This document shows, piece after piece, positions 60,389-64,000 of a stretch of 64,000 nucleotides of DNA. The notes beneath the pieces were generated by a model, which ran no database searches, was not told where the DNA came from, and worked only from the letters and a program-made list of their open reading frames with translations. The position numbers and the translations under genes were made by a program. Position 1 is the stretch's first letter. Each line of letters begins with the position of its first letter. This DNA is from an uncultured Candidatus Saccharibacteria bacterium (GTDB lineage: Bacteria > Patescibacteriota > Minisyncoccia > Phycocordibacterales > CAIZLB01). The stretch spans positions 85,151 to 149,150 of the forward strand of contig CAZVIP010000002.1 in the NCBI GenBank assembly GCA_964627085.1, in the 5' to 3' direction.

Positions 60389-61824
60389 TAATTCTTAAGC
60401 CTATTCACCTTCTCATGCTGCCTGATTTTTTCATGAGCCTTGGCTTCAATCTGTCGGATTCGTTCACGTGTGACACCGAACATCTTTCCTACTTCTTCGA
60501 GTGTGTGCTGGATACCATCGCTGAGACCGTGGCGGAGAGCGAGAATTTCTCGCTCTTTTTCAGATAAGTCGCCGAGAATTTCATTGACCTGATCTGCAAG
60601 AATTCTTCGAGATGATTCCTGGTCTGGAGAAAGAATTTTATCATCTGGGATAAAGTCTCCAAACATAGACTTGTCATCGCCATCTTCACCAACTGGCGCG
60701 TCGAGAGATACAGTATTCTGATCGATCTTCTCAATCATATATACTTTTTCAGGTTCGATACCCATCTCTGTTGCGATTTCCTCTGGAAGTGGTTCACGCC
60801 CGAGATCCTGGAACAGCCTTCGTACTACCTGCTTGTATTTAGCGATAGTTTCCACCATGTGAACCGGCACACGAATTGTTCGTGACTGATCAGCGAGTGC
60901 ACGCGTAATAGATTGTCTAATCCACCATGTCGCATATGTTGAGAATTTGAATCCTTTTGACCAGTCGAATTTATCTACAGCTTTGAACAAACCAAGGTTA
61001 CCTTCCTGGATAAGGTCGAGAAGTGTGAGATCAGGGCTTCGGTTTGCATATTTCTTTGCAATAGAAACTACGAGTCGGAGGTTTGCTTTTGCGAGCAAGT
61101 TCTTTGCTTCATCGTCACCAAGAGCAATTCTTTTGGCGAGCTCTTTTTCTTCATGTGCATTAATAAGTGGATACTGACCAATTTCCTTGAGGTACATTTG
61201 GATAGAGTCGTATGTATCGCTCTTTGATGTACTGTATTTTTTTAGAATATCTTCTGCATCTTTATTAAAATCAAGAAGCCCTCCTCCTTCGAGAACATCA
61301 ACTCCAGCAACAGAAAGTGTTGTATAGAGTTCATCGAGGAACATGACATCATCTTCGATGTGAGGAAATGATTTGAGAATTTCATCGTATGTAACGAAAC
61401 CTCTGTCCTTACCTTTCTGAATCAAATCATCAGCTTTGTGTACCATGTCATGCTTTGCTCTTGAAATTGATCGAAGCTGGGCCTTTTCATCTTTTTCTTG
61501 TGCTTCACTTTTTTCAGGAACCGCATGGTGCTTAGCATGTGATTTTGGATCAACTTTTGCTGAATCTTTTACATGTTCGTCTCGAGTATTTTTTGATGAA
61601 AAAGCAGCACCCTTCGCAGCGTGTTTCGCACTCGCTTTGACCGCATTTTTTGTAGGAGCTTTTTTAGGTGCAACTTTTTTTGCCTTAGCTGGTTTTGCAG
61701 AAGTTTTTGTTACAGCTTTTTTTGTAGTTGCTTTAGCAGCCATAGATTTAGTCTTTTTTGTGGCAGAAGTTGGAGTGGCAGATTTCATCTTTTTTTCTTT
61801 TGTGGGTTTTGTGTTTTTCTTCAT
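60385..61824 (-). CDS. rpoD: RNA polymerase primary sigma factor with Lys/Ala-rich N-terminal tail
   Basis: [58 protein letters not shown]. Confidence 0.97.
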   Translation of the reverse strand: MKKNTKPTKEKKMKSATPTSATKKTKSMAAKATTKKAVTKTSAKPAKAKKVAPKKAPTKNAVKASAKHAAKGAAFSSKNTRDEHVKDSAKVDPKSHAKHHAVPEKSEAQEKDEKAQLRSISRAKHDMVHKADDLIQKGKDRGFVTYDEILKSFPHIEDDVMFLDELYTTLSVAGVDVLEGGGLLDFNKDAEDILKKYSTSKSDTYDSIQMYLKEIGQYPLINAHEEKELAKRIALGDDEAKNLLAKANLRLVVSIAKKYANRSPDLTLLDLIQEGNLGLFKAVDKFDWSKGFKFSTYATWWIRQSITRALADQSRTIRVPVHMVETIAKYKQVVRRLFQDLGREPLPEEIATEMGIEPEKVYMIEKIDQNTVSLDAPVGEDGDDKSMFGDFIPDDKILSPDQESSRRILADQVNEILGDLSEKEREILALRHGLSDGIQHTLEEVGKMFGVTRERIRQIEAKAHEKIRQHEKVNRLKNY

Positions 61825-61852
61825 GGTGTTTATGTTATGTAAATTAATTGGA

Positions 61853-63802
61853 TTATTTTTTAAAGTGTTTCTGCCGCTTCTTAGTTAGTTCCGTGAGTTT
61901 AAGTGATATTTCTTGACACTTTTGGATTATTTCGTCTGATTTTAACCTATCTTTGGCCTTTTCTGCAAGAGACAAATCGGACATGAGCTTGCCTAATTTT
62001 TCTTTGAGCGACCTATCCTCCAGCTCAAAAAGCAGGTCTTCGGCATGCGATATTAAGTTCGTCCCCTTCCCATAGAGCATTTCGGCTTCAAACAGAAGCT
62101 CCTCCTTCGCACTTTGTTTTAATTCTTCAATTATTTCAATGTCGCTTGCTGGCAAAATATTGGCGACGCGTTCATTTAAATCAGCAACTATTTTTTCACC
62201 ATCTTTATACTCACCGTCTTTATTTTCTTTACTCTGACTCTCAATAAACAAAAGCATAGCAATCGTTCTACGGAGCGTGATATCAAGTGGTGTGTTTGCT
62301 TTTGCCCCACTAAACCTTCTTGTGACTTCAAGTGATTCGAACCCAAAGCCACCAGCTTTTTCTTTTTGGAGCATAGCAGGTGTGAGAGCAGATTTCACTC
62401 CATCTTTTTCCATACGAGAAATACATTTCTCAACTTCTTCAGTGAGTGCCTTCTCTGGGATTTTTGATTTGAGTGATACGAGCGAAATCAATTCTGATCG
62501 ACGAATAGCACTTGGTGTGAGCGCAATATCAGGAATCAAATTTTCTTCAATTGCTTTGAGCAATTTATGCTGATCAGGATTATTTTTGAGAAGCATGCCA
62601 AGGTGATATTCAATAATCTGAGTTGAATTTTTGAGGGCTTGAATAAAGGCTTGTTTATCTTTTTGGATTAAAGAGGCCGGATCATCACCATGTGGCAACA
62701 TAACAACCTTCACATCAAAACCAAGTTCAATAGCAAGTCTTTCCCCTCTTCTTGTAGCATTGAATCCAGCATTGTCACCGTCATACATAAAGACTAAATT
62801 TTTCGTCATGCGAGAAATCTTTTCTAGGTGTTTTGGTGTGAGTGCTGTACCTGATGTGGCAACTGCGTTTTTGACATTCACTTGATGTGACATGAGTAAA
62901 TCCATTTGTCCTTCAACAAGTACTGCATAACCCCATTCGCGCATACCTTGTTTGGCCTTGTCGAATCCATACAATACCTCAGATTTATTAAATAGTTCCA
63001 TGTCAGGACTATTGAGATATTTTGGTCCAAATTCTTTTTCATCCTTTCCAAAAATTCTTCCTGAAAAAGCAATCACTCTCCCCGATGTATCAAACAGTGG
63101 GAACATAATTCTTGATCTGAATCTGTCATACATTTTTTCTCTGCCTTCAAAAGAATGTGAGGTGGAATGTGAAGTTCCATTTTGAGCAGTTTGACCAACA
63201 CCTTGTCCTGTATGTGTACCAGAGTTATCAGCAGATTTTTTGACAATAAGACCAACATCAATCAAATCCTGATCAGTGACAGGTTGGCCATCAACTTTTT
63301 GTCCAAGCATAAAGTCCAAAAGATGGCGCCACTCATCGTGAGCAAATCCGATCTTCCATGACTTCACACTCTCCATCGTGAGCCCTCTACCTGTGAGATA
63401 TGCGAGAGCCTTTTTTGATGCCTCGCTTTTTCCTTGTAATAAATTATTTTGGAAAAAAGCGGCCGCAAGATCGATGACTTTATATTGTCTATCTTCTCTA
63501 CTTTTATGTTCTGACTTGAAATCACTTAGTTCGACACCAGCTCTTTCTGCCAAAATTTTGAGAGCACCCATAAAATCGAGCTTCTCGTATTCTTGAACAA
63601 ATGAGAAGATGTCACCTTTTGCGCTACAGCCGAAGCAATAATAGCTTCCACGTGCAGGCGACACAAAAAAGGACGGTGACTTTTCATTATGAAAAGGACA
63701 TTTCGCCTTATAATTTGTGCCTGCATTTTCAAGCTTGATATATGACCCGACCACCTCTGTGATACTGAGTCTTTCTTTTATTTGCTCTGCGGCTGATGCC
63801 AT
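61853..63802 (-). CDS. dnaG: DNA primase
   Basis: CPFH.EKSPSF..YYCFGC zinc finger, DRFR.RIMFP, PKYLNSP, VEGQMD, DGD.AG. Confidence 0.97.
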   Translation of the reverse strand: MASAAEQIKERLSITEVVGSYIKLENAGTNYKAKCPFHNEKSPSFFVSPARGSYYCFGCSAKGDIFSFVQEYEKLDFMGALKILAERAGVELSDFKSEHKSREDRQYKVIDLAAAFFQNNLLQGKSEASKKALAYLTGRGLTMESVKSWKIGFAHDEWRHLLDFMLGQKVDGQPVTDQDLIDVGLIVKKSADNSGTHTGQGVGQTAQNGTSHSTSHSFEGREKMYDRFRSRIMFPLFDTSGRVIAFSGRIFGKDEKEFGPKYLNSPDMELFNKSEVLYGFDKAKQGMREWGYAVLVEGQMDLLMSHQVNVKNAVATSGTALTPKHLEKISRMTKNLVFMYDGDNAGFNATRRGERLAIELGFDVKVVMLPHGDDPASLIQKDKQAFIQALKNSTQIIEYHLGMLLKNNPDQHKLLKAIEENLIPDIALTPSAIRRSELISLVSLKSKIPEKALTEEVEKCISRMEKDGVKSALTPAMLQKEKAGGFGFESLEVTRRFSGAKANTPLDITLRRTIAMLLFIESQSKENKDGEYKDGEKIVADLNERVANILPASDIEIIEELKQSAKEELLFEAEMLYGKGTNLISHAEDLLFELEDRSLKEKLGKLMSDLSLAEKAKDRLKSDEIIQKCQEISLKLTELTKKRQKHFKK

Positions 63803-63804
63803 GA

Positions 63805-64000
63805 TTACAATGAGAAGCCTTCTTCAGCTACAACTTCATTTTGAAGATCCTGAATCATCTGATTTTTCGGACTACCCTTGAAGCCTGTACCTGCAGGGAT
63901 AAGTCGACCGATGATAACGTTTTCCATAATACCGTAAAGTGGATCAGTCTGTGCCTTAAGAGAAGCAGCGATAAGCATTCGGTTTGTGTGCTGGAATGAA
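63805..64000 (-). CDS. rpoC: RNA polymerase beta-prime subunit, C-terminal end (partial)
   Basis: Manual translation [40 protein letters not shown]. Confidence 0.95.
   Translation of the reverse strand, partial: SFQHTNRMLIAASLKAQTDPLYGIMENVIIGRLIPAGTGFKGSPKNQMIQDLQNEVVAEEGFSL

Noticed and set aside
60459-60467. Additional TTCGTTC occurrence inside rpoD (another lies at 39370-39376, antisense to the candidate RNA)
   Set aside because: Not in a leader context; consistent with chance occurrence of a 7-mer

Overview
AT-rich bacterial chromosomal window in standard genetic code 11. Gene content and style suggest a Patescibacteria/CPR (Parcubacteria-like) genome; this is an inference. Housekeeping genes include a PIF1-like helicase (partial), msrA/msrB, dnaX, dus, tlyA, eno, gpmI, a compact type IV pilus/T2SS operon, truB, hisS, a UvrD-like helicase-nuclease, rpoD, dnaG and the 3' end of rpoC. 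Many of them have a -10 box only 5-12 nt before the ATG, i.e. they look leaderless. A tRNA-Gln(TTG) borders a low-GC accessory island carrying a DUF4297-HerA-type defence pair. Two features stand out. (1) An ORF-free, hairpin-dense ~750-nt unit at ~39177-39926 (minus strand) with its own sigma70 promoter and intrinsic terminator is a candidate large structured ncRNA that I cannot assign to a known class. (2) About ten orphan or degenerate genes are scattered between housekeeping genes as self-contained units: TTGAC promoter, structured and CA-rich leader often with a shared TTCGTTC motif, and a strong terminator. These include a degenerate PAICS-like protein, a SAMHD1-like HD protein, a stand-alone RNAP alpha-CTD-like protein, and two divergent paralogs behind a 51/53-nt identical promoter. 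All calls are by eye; no searches were run.
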